A stretch of DNA of 64,000 bases from the NCBI GenBank assembly GCA_041661645.1, contig JBAZUA010000005.1, positions 14,829 through 78,828 on the forward strand, read 5' to 3'. A program made the position numbers and the translations under genes. This DNA is from Minisyncoccota bacterium. Lineage in GTDB: Bacteria > Patescibacteriota > Minisyncoccia > Phycocordibacterales > UBA6065. The notes beneath the pieces were generated by a model that was given only the letters and a program-made list of their open reading frames with translations, made no database searches and was not told the origin of the DNA. This document shows positions 1-8,689 of this stretch, piece after piece; the first letter of the stretch is position 1; every line of letters begins with the position of its first letter.

Positions 1-2
1 GG

Positions 3-758
3 CTCTATGGCGACTGCACCTATGTCGGCTATGCGGGCAACGTCGAATTCTTCGGCGGAAGCGCGCAGCGTCGATTGTCTGTCGTCAATGATGAGGGGCA
101 GGCTGGTCTTCTTGGCCTTGGGCTCATTCACGCCAAAAGCGAGATTGCCCAGGCCGGATTCGATTATGAGGCCCTCAAGAGCGGCCTCAGCCAGACAGCC
201 CTTGTCAGCTTGCCCAAGTTCCAGACCCAGGAAGTCCAGAAGGTCATTGGCCAGAAGGCGGAGCAGGGGACTCTCGGAAACAACTCGATATTCTCGTTCG
301 AGATCTTCTTCCGTCCCAATCAGAACAGCTTCAACGTCGATACCTATCGGCCTGAGTTCAAGAAGGTGATTGACCTCGCCGCCGTTTACGGTGGCGCGAT
401 CATTACCGTCGAGGGACATTCTGATGTCATGAATTACCTGAAGAAGAGGAAGGCGGGCGAAAGCTCGGTTGTCCTCGGCATGGTAAAGCAGTCGGCCAAG
501 AACCTGTCGCTCGCTCGCGCGAACGCGGTCCGTGACTCGATCATCGAATTCGCAAAGCAGTCGGGCCTCGCGCTCGACTCCTCGCAGTTCGCGGTCGTCG
601 GCTACGGCATCACGAATCCCAAGACCGGTTTGATCGGCGGGGAACCCAAGGAGCCCGCGACGGAGGCCGAGTGGCTTTCCAACATGCGGGTCGAGTTCAG
701 GCTCGTGTCGGTTGAGGCCGAGGAATCGGTCTTCGCTCCGGCGGGAGGTGGCAAATGA
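3..758 (+). CDS. 5'-truncated protein with C-terminal OmpA/MotB-like peptidoglycan-binding domain
   Basis: Frame is open from position 3. Motifs ITVEGHSD, NLSLARANAVR, VGYG and NMRVEF are OmpA C-like. Confidence 0.8.
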   Translation, partial: LYGDCTYVGYAGNVEFFGGSAQRRLSVVNDEGQAGLLGLGLIHAKSEIAQAGFDYEALKSGLSQTALVSLPKFQTQEVQKVIGQKAEQGTLGNNSIFSFEIFFRPNQNSFNVDTYRPEFKKVIDLAAVYGGAIITVEGHSDVMNYLKKRKAGESSVVLGMVKQSAKNLSLARANAVRDSIIEFAKQSGLALDSSQFAVVGYGITNPKTGLIGGEPKEPATEAEWLSNMRVEFRLVSVEAEESVFAPAGGGK

Positions 759-1486
759 AAGTGTTTTCCAAAATCCTCCTGGCGTTTGGCATCATCACGA
801 TCGTCGCCGGCTGCGACGTGTCCCAGCAGGGCACGGATCTCCGGGCGTCCGGCAGTTCGACACCGGCGGCGAAGGCGCCGTCTGCCTGGTTTGGCGCGAC
901 AGACACTGTCGCACTTAAGCTGGACTCGAGCCTTATGAGGAAGAACTATTACATAATCCTCGACGGTTCGAGCAGCATGGAGGGAAGGGCGGGCGGTGAC
1001 GTCAAAATCGTCGCGGCCAAGGACGCCATCAGTCGGTTTGCCAAGAGCATCCCGCCCGACGCAAATCTGGGGCTCTTCGTCTTCAACGACGCTGGGGTCT
1101 CCGAAAGGGTTCCCTTGGGCACGGGCAATCGTCCGCGGTTCATGTCAGCGCTTGGCACTGTGAGCGCAGGTGGCGGCACCCCGCTCAGGTCAGCCATCAC
1201 CAATGCCTATGAGCGTATCCGGGCCCAGGCCCAGCGGCAGCTCGGATACGGTGAATACCACCTTGTCATCGTCACCGACGGCGAGGCGAACTTCGGGGAG
1301 GATCCACGCGACATTGTCGATAAGATCGTTTCCGAGTCGCCCGTGGTGCTTCACACCATCGGCTTCGGCATCGACGAGGGCCATTCCCTGAATCAGAAGG
1401 GGAAGGTGTTCTACAAGTCTGCGGCGGACAAGGCGGCGCTCCAAAAGGGCCTTGCCGACGTCGTCGCGGAATCGGATAAGTTCTAA
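755..1486 (+). CDS. von Willebrand factor A domain lipoprotein
   Basis: Lipobox IVAGC; MIDAS motif ILDGSSSM, GGTPL, IVTDGE, HTIGFG. Confidence 0.88.
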   Translation: MKVFSKILLAFGIITIVAGCDVSQQGTDLRASGSSTPAAKAPSAWFGATDTVALKLDSSLMRKNYYIILDGSSSMEGRAGGDVKIVAAKDAISRFAKSIPPDANLGLFVFNDAGVSERVPLGTGNRPRFMSALGTVSAGGGTPLRSAITNAYERIRAQAQRQLGYGEYHLVIVTDGEANFGEDPRDIVDKIVSESPVVLHTIGFGIDEGHSLNQKGKVFYKSAADKAALQKGLADVVAESDKF

Positions 1487-1518
1487 GTCATAGGTCAGCG
1501 GCAGACATCGTCTGCCAG

Positions 1519-1547
1519 AATCCCCGTCGCAAGATGGGGATTTTTTT
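1519..1547 (+). terminator. Intrinsic terminator after vWA gene
   Basis: AATCCCCGTC-GCAA-GATGGGGATT hairpin followed by a T run. Confidence 0.8.
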
Positions 1548-1563
1548 ATGGGAGAATTTATAT

Positions 1564-1591
1564 AAAAAAGCCGCGAATTTTGTTCGCGGCT
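1564..1591 (-). terminator. Intrinsic terminator of pilin-like gene
   Basis: AAAAAA-GCCGCGAA-TTTTG-TTCGCGGC; the T-tract is on the minus strand. Confidence 0.7.
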
Positions 1592-1605
1592 CCGTGCGTT
1601 CCTGA

Positions 1606-1938
1606 TTATTTCCTGGCTGGCGGCGCCGAGGACGAGACGTGAAGCACGGTGTTCTTGTCGAAGATATGCTCTTGTCGGATTCCGTCGGCATCCGTCCAGA
1701 CCGCGCGGGTCTCTTCCATGGAGATCTCGCCCCTGAGGCTGAATTCCATTACGGCCTTGCCGGTCTCGATCGACACGACATAGACTTTTTTGGCTGCGGC
1801 CGGATGCTGTCGGACGTATTCCTCCTGGAGGTTGCGGTCCCTGACTTTTTTGAAGGCGGGTATGGCCATGGCTGCGAGCAGGCCGATTATGACCATGACG
1901 ATCGCGACCTCGACTACGGTGAATCCTTTGGTTTTCAT
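1606..1938 (-). CDS. Type IV pilin-like protein (prepilin N-terminal methylation motif)
   Basis: KG|FTVVEVAIVMVIIGLLAAMAIPAF class III signal peptide; ATG at 1938 preferred over the TTG start. Confidence 0.85.
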   Translation of the reverse strand: MKTKGFTVVEVAIVMVIIGLLAAMAIPAFKKVRDRNLQEEYVRQHPAAAKKVYVVSIETGKAVMEFSLRGEISMEETRAVWTDADGIRQEHIFDKNTVLHVSSSAPPARK

Positions 1939-1972
1939 ATGTTCTTTCGAAGTTGTTTCGACTCTGTTTTTC

Positions 1973-2073
1973 AAATTAGCATCATTTTTCGATATGTCAA
2001 TGAAAAGGATCGGGCCTTATTGACAAATACTAAAAATTATGTAATTTAGAATACAGAGAAAAGCTCTCTGTCA
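1973..2073. promoter_or_regulatory. Divergent sigma70-type promoters
   Basis: Minus strand: TTGACA(2000-1995)-N16-TAATTT. Plus strand: TTGACA(2020)-N16-TAATTT, then GCTCTCTGTCA at 2063. Confidence 0.7.
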
Positions 2074-2119
2074 GCGCACTTTCGCGAAATACAAACAACC
2101 AAACACAGGAGTCAGGAAC

Positions 2120-3691
2120 ATGAAGACAATAACCAAGTTCATACTCATCCTCATAATCGTGGGGACACTGGTCATTCTGGCCATAAAGATCATCCGCCCC
2201 ATCCTCGAGGATCGGGCTGCCAAGAACGCAAGCGATGCCGTCGAGACCAAGGGCAAGATCGTGGTCCGTATCGATAGCTGGGCCGGGTACTACCCGATAG
2301 CGTCACAGCGCATGAAGAAGAGCCTCCGCAAGGAAGGGTATCTTCTGGAGTGCGTCGATGACAAGTCTGATCTGACCGGGCGCATGAAGGCTCTCGCGAG
2401 CGGTGAGATACAGTTTGCGGTTGCAACCGTCGACTCGTATATCCTGAACGCAGAGCCTCTCAAATTCCCGGGAAGGATCATCGCCGTTATCGACGAGTCA
2501 AAGGGCGGCGATGCCATAGTGGCATGGAAGGAATCCGTCCCGAATCTCGAGGCGCTCAAGGGCACCAAGAGCTTCAGGACGGCCTACACTCCCAATTCGC
2601 CAAGCCATCAGCTGATCAAGGCGGCCGGAACCCATTTCGGCATACCGGCTCTCAAATCGATGGATCCTTCGAGGAAGGTCGAGACGGCCGAGTCGTTGGA
2701 GGCCCTCAAGCTCCTCCTCGGTCACAAGGTCGACGTAGCCGTGCTCTGGGAGCCGGATGTGTCGAAAGCCCTTGCGGCCGGTGCGGTGAAGCTTCTGGGC
2801 ACCGAGAATACGACGCGACTCATTGTCGACGTGCTCCTGGTGAACACGGACTATGCAAAGGATCATCCCGATATCGTCGCGCTTTTCCTCAAGACGTATT
2901 TCAGGACGCTCAAGTCTTACTCGAGCGGGCCCGAAGACCTCAAAAAGGAGATGTGCGACGAGCTGAAGCTTGATCCGAGCGTGGTCGAGAAGATGCTCGG
3001 CGGCGTGTCGTGGGTAAACCTGACAGACAATTGTCAGGATTGGTTTGGCATTGCCTCGCCTGGACGCCAGGCAGAACAGGGCCTCGTCGACACCATCGAT
3101 TCCACGATCGAGATTCTGAGGGACAGCGGTGACTTTTCGGGAAACCCCCTGCCTGACAGCGATCCGTATCGGATCATGCAGAAGGGATTCGTCGAAGACC
3201 TCTATCGCAAGGGCCTGGAGACTGGTTTCAAGAGCCTTGATGGCGATCCCGCGGCGGCTTCGGCCACCCAGGGAATCGATCACCCGTTCTCGGAGCTTAC
3301 CGAAGCCCAGTGGGCCAGCCTCCGCGAGGTTGGCACGCTCAAGATCGAGCCTATCGTCTTTCAGACGGGGACCTCGGACCTTCTCCTTGAGGGCAAGGAG
3401 GATCTGGACAAGATCGTTGCAAGGCTCAAGCATTACCCGACGTTCCGCATCCTCGTCAAAGGCCACACTTCGATGAGGGGTGACCCTGAGGCGAACGGTG
3501 CCCTTTCTCTCGACAGGGCATCGGCGGCGGCACGGTATCTTCAGGTCACTTATGGCATCGATCCTCATCGGATCAGGTCGTTGGGGCTTGGGGGCACAAA
3601 GCCGTTGCCTCGCGAGCCGGGGGAGTCAGGCAGGGCATACGACTATCGTCTGCCTCGCGTCGAGCTCTCGTTGTTGAGCGAGGTGTATTGA
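2120..3691 (+). CDS. Membrane-anchored PBP2 (NMT1/THI5-like) substrate-binding domain fused to OmpA C-like domain
   Basis: N-terminal TM helix; DSWAGY, DESKGGDAIV, AVLWEPDVS; C-terminal VKGHTS..LSLDRA..PRVE. Confidence 0.85.
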   Translation: MKTITKFILILIIVGTLVILAIKIIRPILEDRAAKNASDAVETKGKIVVRIDSWAGYYPIASQRMKKSLRKEGYLLECVDDKSDLTGRMKALASGEIQFAVATVDSYILNAEPLKFPGRIIAVIDESKGGDAIVAWKESVPNLEALKGTKSFRTAYTPNSPSHQLIKAAGTHFGIPALKSMDPSRKVETAESLEALKLLLGHKVDVAVLWEPDVSKALAAGAVKLLGTENTTRLIVDVLLVNTDYAKDHPDIVALFLKTYFRTLKSYSSGPEDLKKEMCDELKLDPSVVEKMLGGVSWVNLTDNCQDWFGIASPGRQAEQGLVDTIDSTIEILRDSGDFSGNPLPDSDPYRIMQKGFVEDLYRKGLETGFKSLDGDPAAASATQGIDHPFSELTEAQWASLREVGTLKIEPIVFQTGTSDLLLEGKEDLDKIVARLKHYPTFRILVKGHTSMRGDPEANGALSLDRASAAARYLQVTYGIDPHRIRSLGLGGTKPLPREPGESGRAYDYRLPRVELSLLSEVY

Positions 3692-3712
3692 AGAATCGAC
3701 ATCAGGCTACAT

Positions 3713-3742
3713 GGCCCGCGACCTCACCGTCGCGGGCTTTTT
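3713..3742 (+). terminator. Intrinsic terminator
   Basis: GCCCGCGAC/GTCGCGGGC stem + TTTTT. Confidence 0.8.
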
Positions 3743-3830
3743 CTTGCCAGGATGGGGTCACATTGACAAAGCTTTAAATAATTGTAATGTTATGCCTGTA
3801 CCAGCACAACCTTTATCAAGGATCTTCACA

Positions 3831-4142
3831 ATGTCAACGCGAAACGCTTCAGCAGCCCCACACAGGGCTTCGGTCATAGACGATTCGGGGACCTCTAAGC
3901 AACCAATTAGATTTCCTCTCTCGGGTGATGTCTTCCAGCTCGCCACTCAGGAAAAGGCCCTGCTTAATGCAGGACTGTCCGTCGGCAGGGCCGATATCTA
4001 CCCTGGCCTCTATGATGTCGAAGACTTCAAGCGGGCGCTCACCATCATCTGGAAGCAAAAACTCGAAGGGTGGTGGCATTACAGGGCCGAATTCATCAGG
4101 CACTCGATATGCGATGAGTTGGCTTTCGCCCAAGCCCGCTGA
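3831..4142 (+). CDS. Hypothetical protein
   Basis: ATG at 3831 lies downstream of the promoter at 3763-3790; a terminator follows at 4168-4197. Confidence 0.6.
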   Translation: MSTRNASAAPHRASVIDDSGTSKQPIRFPLSGDVFQLATQEKALLNAGLSVGRADIYPGLYDVEDFKRALTIIWKQKLEGWWHYRAEFIRHSICDELAFAQAR

Positions 4143-4167
4143 TCAACGCTTCAGGTTTTTTCGTTTC

Positions 4168-4197
4168 AAGGCCCCCGTCATGCACGGGGGCCTTTTT
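4168..4197 (+). terminator. Intrinsic terminator
   Basis: AAGGCCCCCGT/ACGGGGGCCTT stem + TTT. Confidence 0.8.
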
Positions 4198-4235
4198 CAT
4201 GTCTTTCAGGGCCATCGCCGCCCGCGCGAGAAGTA

Positions 4236-4306
4236 TTGACATATCTTATAAAATATGTAATGTAATGCTGGTAAACGGGGCGCATCCGCACCCATGCTCT
4301 TTGACA
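4236..4306 (+). promoter_or_regulatory. Promoter with boxA-like element
   Basis: TTGACA-N16-TAATGT; TGCTCTTTGACA at 4295-4306 (rrn boxA consensus is TGCTCTTTAACA). Confidence 0.7.
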
Positions 4307-4372
4307 GCTTCATGTAGATAAATAAAGACAAAGAGCATTCATTTTCTGCAACACCAAATCCACTGAAAAATC

Positions 4373-5224
4373 ATGAAAGAACAAAGTCAGGCAGCTCCGT
4401 CACCGGCGGACTACGGCGAGTCAAAAACTCGCCAGGCAGTCCTCTCGGATACGGTTCAGCACCCGATGACGCTTCTGCCGATAGCGGCGGGCGTCATAGG
4501 GGGAGTAGGAGTCATCATGCTCACGCCCCTCATGACCGTTGGCGTGGGAATCCTGGCCGGAGGCGTCTTCTTCGGGGCAATCGGTTGGTTCGCCAACTGG
4601 AAGCTCCGCGGAGACGCGCTGGCCATGGTCTACCACGACGCGCTTCACAGGCGCGAGAAGGAGAGCCGAGACCAAAAGCTCGCGATCCTCGAACGGCAGC
4701 TCGGCGGCGAAGTAGACTGTGAGCAGGGCAGGTCCCAGGTGTCTCAGTTCGAGGAGAAGTTCAACAACCTATCCGAAGTGCTGAGGCGCAAGCTGGACAG
4801 TCAGGAGCTCACCTACAGTCGCTATCTGTCAACGGCCGAATCCGTCTACAACTCAGGCATAAAAAACCTCGAGCAAGTGGCGGTATTCCTCAAGAGCATC
4901 GGCGAGATAAACATCGCCGACATCAGGAGGAAGATCAAGCGTCTCGAGTCAATCGACGGCGCGACAATCTCGCCCCAGCAGAAACGCGAACTCGCCACCA
5001 TCAGGGAGCGAGAGAAGATTTATGGCGGAACCCAGAGCCAAGTCGCCGACCTCCTCGCCCAAAACGAGGAGTCGCTGACCGGGCTCGACAGAACCGCCGT
5101 GGCCATCGCCGCCATCAAGACCTCATCCAGCATCACTGGGTCGACGGACGAGATGAACGTGGCGATGGACGAGCTCAGAAGACTCCTTTCGAGAGGGGAG
5201 CCAAAGGCCCCCGCTCTCTTGTAG
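4373..5224 (+). CDS. Two-TM coiled-coil protein, XpaC-like partner of TelA
   Basis: Two N-terminal TM helices and a helical body; lies directly upstream of the TelA-family gene, like xpaC-telA pairs. Confidence 0.55.
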   Translation: MKEQSQAAPSPADYGESKTRQAVLSDTVQHPMTLLPIAAGVIGGVGVIMLTPLMTVGVGILAGGVFFGAIGWFANWKLRGDALAMVYHDALHRREKESRDQKLAILERQLGGEVDCEQGRSQVSQFEEKFNNLSEVLRRKLDSQELTYSRYLSTAESVYNSGIKNLEQVAVFLKSIGEINIADIRRKIKRLESIDGATISPQQKRELATIREREKIYGGTQSQVADLLAQNEESLTGLDRTAVAIAAIKTSSSITGSTDEMNVAMDELRRLLSRGEPKAPALL

Positions 5225-5274
5225 CGAACAATTTGTCCGAGAAAACAACAATACCGTAATACAGTTAGACCACC

Positions 5275-6531
5275 ATGACAGCACAAACCATACCACCCTC
5301 AGTTGCCAAAGACACGCCGACGACCCTTCAGGTCGTCACGTCCGCATCGCTTGCCTCGGCCCTGCCGAGCACGGGCGTCGCCCTCATCGATCCGAGCGAT
5401 TTCAGCAAGAGCCAAGTCGTTTCGCTCGTGTCCCCCGCGGACCAGGCGAAGCTTGCGGTTCTTGCCGGCTCGCTCGTGAACTTCGATCGTCGCAACCCCC
5501 GCGAGAAGGCTCAGCGGGCGGCGTCGATCGAGAGCGTCGGCAGTGCGGCGCAGACGCGGGCTGGTCAGACGAGCAAGATGCTCGACCAGCCGATTGAACG
5601 GCTCATCGCAGCCGGAGACGAGGGAAGCCCTGTCGCCAACGCCTTGATTAGCCTCAAGACGGAAGTCGATCGGGTGAATCCCTCCCGCTACAGGATCCTC
5701 GAGCCGGGCGGCGTCGGACGCTTCTTCTCGTTCGTTCCCTTCGTTGGGACCTCGATGAACAGATACTTCACCAAGTTCCAGTCATCGAGCAGCGTGATCG
5801 AGAGCGTCCTCGTCCAGCTCAAGGCCGGCGTTGATCGCCTCAAGCGCGACAACGAGCAGATCATCGACGACAAGGTTCGCATGGGCGAAACGAACGTCGA
5901 GCTCGAAAACGTCATCGCGCAGGCCCTCTTCCTGGACAAGCTCCTGGAGGAAAAGGCCGAGGCGATGATCGTCGACTCGGACGACCGCAAGTTCGTGGAC
6001 GAGGAGCTTCGGTTCCCGTTGCGGCAGCGCATCAAGGACCTCCAGACCCAGCTCGCGGTCAATCAACAGGGAATCCTTTCCCTCGAGATCGTCCGCCGCA
6101 ACAACCTGGAGCTCATCCGCGGTGCCCGCCGTTGCGAGACGGTTACCTTCACGGCGCTCAAAATCGCCGTTCAGGTCGCCCTGGCGCTGGCCAACCAACG
6201 CATCGTCCTCAGGACGATTGACGCGGTTGACCAGACGACCAATGCCCTCATGCTTCAGAACGCGCAGACCTTGCGCACCCAGGGCGTCGAGATTCACAAG
6301 AAGGCGGTCAGTCAGGGAATCAGCATCGAGACCCTGCGCAAGTCCTTCGAGGACATCAACGCCGCCTACGACGACCTGCGGCGCTTCCGCACGGAGGCGC
6401 TTCCGGAGATGAAGAACCAGATGTTGGAGCTCAGTGGCCTGACCGGCAATGCCGCGAAAGCCATCGAGCGCCTGGAGAAGGGCGATTCCGCCCGATCCGA
6501 CATCCTGGAGCTTACTCCCGCTACATCCTGA
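5275..6531 (+). CDS. telA: Toxic anion resistance protein, TelA family
   Basis: Coiled coil with RYFTKFQS, LRQRIKDLQTQLAV, VRRNNLELI, ALALANQRIVL. Confidence 0.85.
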   Translation: MTAQTIPPSVAKDTPTTLQVVTSASLASALPSTGVALIDPSDFSKSQVVSLVSPADQAKLAVLAGSLVNFDRRNPREKAQRAASIESVGSAAQTRAGQTSKMLDQPIERLIAAGDEGSPVANALISLKTEVDRVNPSRYRILEPGGVGRFFSFVPFVGTSMNRYFTKFQSSSSVIESVLVQLKAGVDRLKRDNEQIIDDKVRMGETNVELENVIAQALFLDKLLEEKAEAMIVDSDDRKFVDEELRFPLRQRIKDLQTQLAVNQQGILSLEIVRRNNLELIRGARRCETVTFTALKIAVQVALALANQRIVLRTIDAVDQTTNALMLQNAQTLRTQGVEIHKKAVSQGISIETLRKSFEDINAAYDDLRRFRTEALPEMKNQMLELSGLTGNAAKAIERLEKGDSARSDILELTPATS

Positions 6532-6587
6532 AACTCAGCAATCCATAAACCAGACAACCAACCCGTTAGGACAGGAAATCACAGAAA

Positions 6588-7652
6588 ATGAAAACGCTCA
6601 AACATCTCAGTATGGCCTTGGTGGCCTGCATCGTCATCGCCGCTTCCGGGATTCAGTCCCGCGCGGCCGACCAGCCGACCTATACGGTCGCGCGGTCGCA
6701 TTACGCCGGTTGGGAGCCGTGGGACTACATCGAGTCCTCGGGCATCCTCAAGAAATGGTCCGATAAATACGGCGTCAAGATCAAGCTCACTCCCTGGATG
6801 GACTACGTTCCCTCCATGGAGCTCTACACCGCCGGCAAGGCCGTGGGCTGTCTCATGACCAACATGGATGCCCTGACCATGCCCGCGGTGGGCGGGGTCG
6901 ACTCGACGGCGCTCATCATGGGCGACTTCTCGAACGGCAACGACGGCATCGTGCTCCGCAAGGGCACGTCCATCAAAGACCTGAAGGGCCGCAAGGTCCT
7001 TCTCGTCGAGCTTACCGTCTCGGATTACATGCTCTCGCGAGGGCTTGGGCAGAATGGCATGGCCGATAGCGACGTTGTCCGGGTTAACACCGCGGATTCC
7101 GCCATCGTTTCGGCCTTCGCCGCATCGCCCGTCGAGACGGCGATCGTCACCTGGAACCCGCTCCTCATGCAGGCGCGGAACCTCAAGGGCGCGACGATGG
7201 TGTTCGACTCGTCGAAGATACCGGGCGAGATCATGGATCTCCTCGTGATTCGCACCGATGCGCCGGCAGCCGTTAAAAAGGCGCTTGTAGGGGCATGGTA
7301 TGAGGCCATGGGAATCATGTCCGGGCAGGGAAAGGCAACCGACGAGGCTATCGCCGACATGGCGAAGTCCGCCGGCGGCAGCCTTGCCGAGTTCCAGGCG
7401 CAGTTGAAAACGACGCGCATGTTCTATGATTCGAAGGACGCGGTAGCCTTCACCAAAGGCGACGGCATCAAGAAGACGATGGAGCTCGTTCGCACGTTCA
7501 GCTTCGACCACGGCCTCTATGGTCAAAGTCTGACGTCAAAGGACGCCATCGGCATCGAGTTCGCCGACAAGGCCGTCCTGGGGAACAAGAACAACGTCAA
7601 GTTGCGCTTTGACTCCGTCTACATGCAGCTGGCCGCAGAGGGTAAGCTTTAA
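6588..7652 (+). CDS. ABC transporter substrate-binding protein (NitT/TauT; urea-carboxylase-region/guanidine-type)
   Basis: Signal peptide; SHYAGWEPW, TNMDAL, DFSNGNDGI, VTWNP, IPGEIMDL. Confidence 0.85.
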   Translation: MKTLKHLSMALVACIVIAASGIQSRAADQPTYTVARSHYAGWEPWDYIESSGILKKWSDKYGVKIKLTPWMDYVPSMELYTAGKAVGCLMTNMDALTMPAVGGVDSTALIMGDFSNGNDGIVLRKGTSIKDLKGRKVLLVELTVSDYMLSRGLGQNGMADSDVVRVNTADSAIVSAFAASPVETAIVTWNPLLMQARNLKGATMVFDSSKIPGEIMDLLVIRTDAPAAVKKALVGAWYEAMGIMSGQGKATDEAIADMAKSAGGSLAEFQAQLKTTRMFYDSKDAVAFTKGDGIKKTMELVRTFSFDHGLYGQSLTSKDAIGIEFADKAVLGNKNNVKLRFDSVYMQLAAEGKL

Positions 7653-7681
7653 GCACACCCCTTCGGTCGCAGTTTAGATTC

Positions 7682-7717
7682 AATCCCTACCGGTTTTACT
7701 GGTAGGGATTTTCTTTT
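7682..7717 (+). terminator. Intrinsic terminator
   Basis: AATCCCTACC/GGTAGGGATT stem + TTCTTTT. Confidence 0.75.
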
Positions 7718-7725
7718 GGAGATAA

Positions 7726-7799
7726 TTGACAAAATCTATATTTTATGTAATATCGAAAACAGTTTTGTATGGATTAATGCCTGCAAAGGCTCTTTGAAA
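7726..7799 (+). promoter_or_regulatory. Promoter with boxA-like element
   Basis: TTGACA-N16-TAATAT; GCTCTTTGAAA at 7789-7799. Confidence 0.65.
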
Positions 7800-7836
7800 C
7801 TCTTAACCTCAACCTCACAACAACAAGGATTGAATC

Positions 7837-8673
7837 ATGAAAAACACACGCATTCCTCTCTTCTGGGGAATTCACGCTCAACCAGGGCCCTTGTTCGCAA
7901 GGACTCTTTCCTGCATACCCTTCATCATTGCGGTGGCACTCTACGGCCATTTCTCTGCTGAGCGGCTAAGGGTGAATTCGGAAGACAAGATTTTGCCGTC
8001 ATTCTCGCAGATGGCCAAGGCCACCTACAGCATGGCGTTCACCAAGGATCGGAGAACCGACGATTACCTCCTGCGAAAAGACACGGTGGCGAGCCTGAAG
8101 AGGATCGTCATCGGCGTCAGCGTCGCGGCGGTAGTCGGGCTATGGCTCGGCATCAACATGGGGGTATTTAGGGGGATGGGCGCCGTCTTCGGTGCCTTCT
8201 TCATATTCGTCTCCATCATACCGCCGCTCGCCGTCCTGCCGATACTCTTCATGACGTTCGGCGTGGACGAGCTCGCCAAGATCATGCTCATCATTATCGG
8301 CGGGGCACTCGCGATAACCAGAAGTATGTATCTTGAGGTCTCCAAGATTCCGCGCGAGCAGATCATCAAGGCATGCACGCTCGGCGCCTCGCAGATGGCC
8401 ATCGTCTATCGCATCATCCTGCCGCAGATGCTGCCCAGGCTGATCGACACGATCCGCATAGTTCTCGGAGCCTCCTGGCTCTTTCTCATCGCCGCCGAGG
8501 CCATGGCTTCGACCGAGGGGCTGGGATATCGGATATATCTGATGCAGCGACATTTTGCGATGGATGTCATCATCCCCTATGTCCTGTGGCTCACGTTCCT
8601 GGGATTCGTCTTCGATAGGGCCCTCAGATGGGTTCTCGAGACGTTCTTCAGGTGGTATTGCGAAACAAAATAA
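7837..8673 (+). CDS. ABC transporter permease (NitT/TauT family)
   Basis: Multiple TM helices; IPPLAVLPI; EAA-like KACTLGAS; LIAAEA..GLGY. Confidence 0.9.
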   Translation: MKNTRIPLFWGIHAQPGPLFARTLSCIPFIIAVALYGHFSAERLRVNSEDKILPSFSQMAKATYSMAFTKDRRTDDYLLRKDTVASLKRIVIGVSVAAVVGLWLGINMGVFRGMGAVFGAFFIFVSIIPPLAVLPILFMTFGVDELAKIMLIIIGGALAITRSMYLEVSKIPREQIIKACTLGASQMAIVYRIILPQMLPRLIDTIRIVLGASWLFLIAAEAMASTEGLGYRIYLMQRHFAMDVIIPYVLWLTFLGFVFDRALRWVLETFFRWYCETK

Positions 8674-8689
8674 AAGGAGAAAACTCGCC

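Noticed and set aside
6532-6587. Guanidine riboswitch before the urea-carboxylase-type binding protein
   Set aside because: The gap is 56 nt and A/C-rich, with no ykkC or mini-ykkC (ACGR-loop) hairpins
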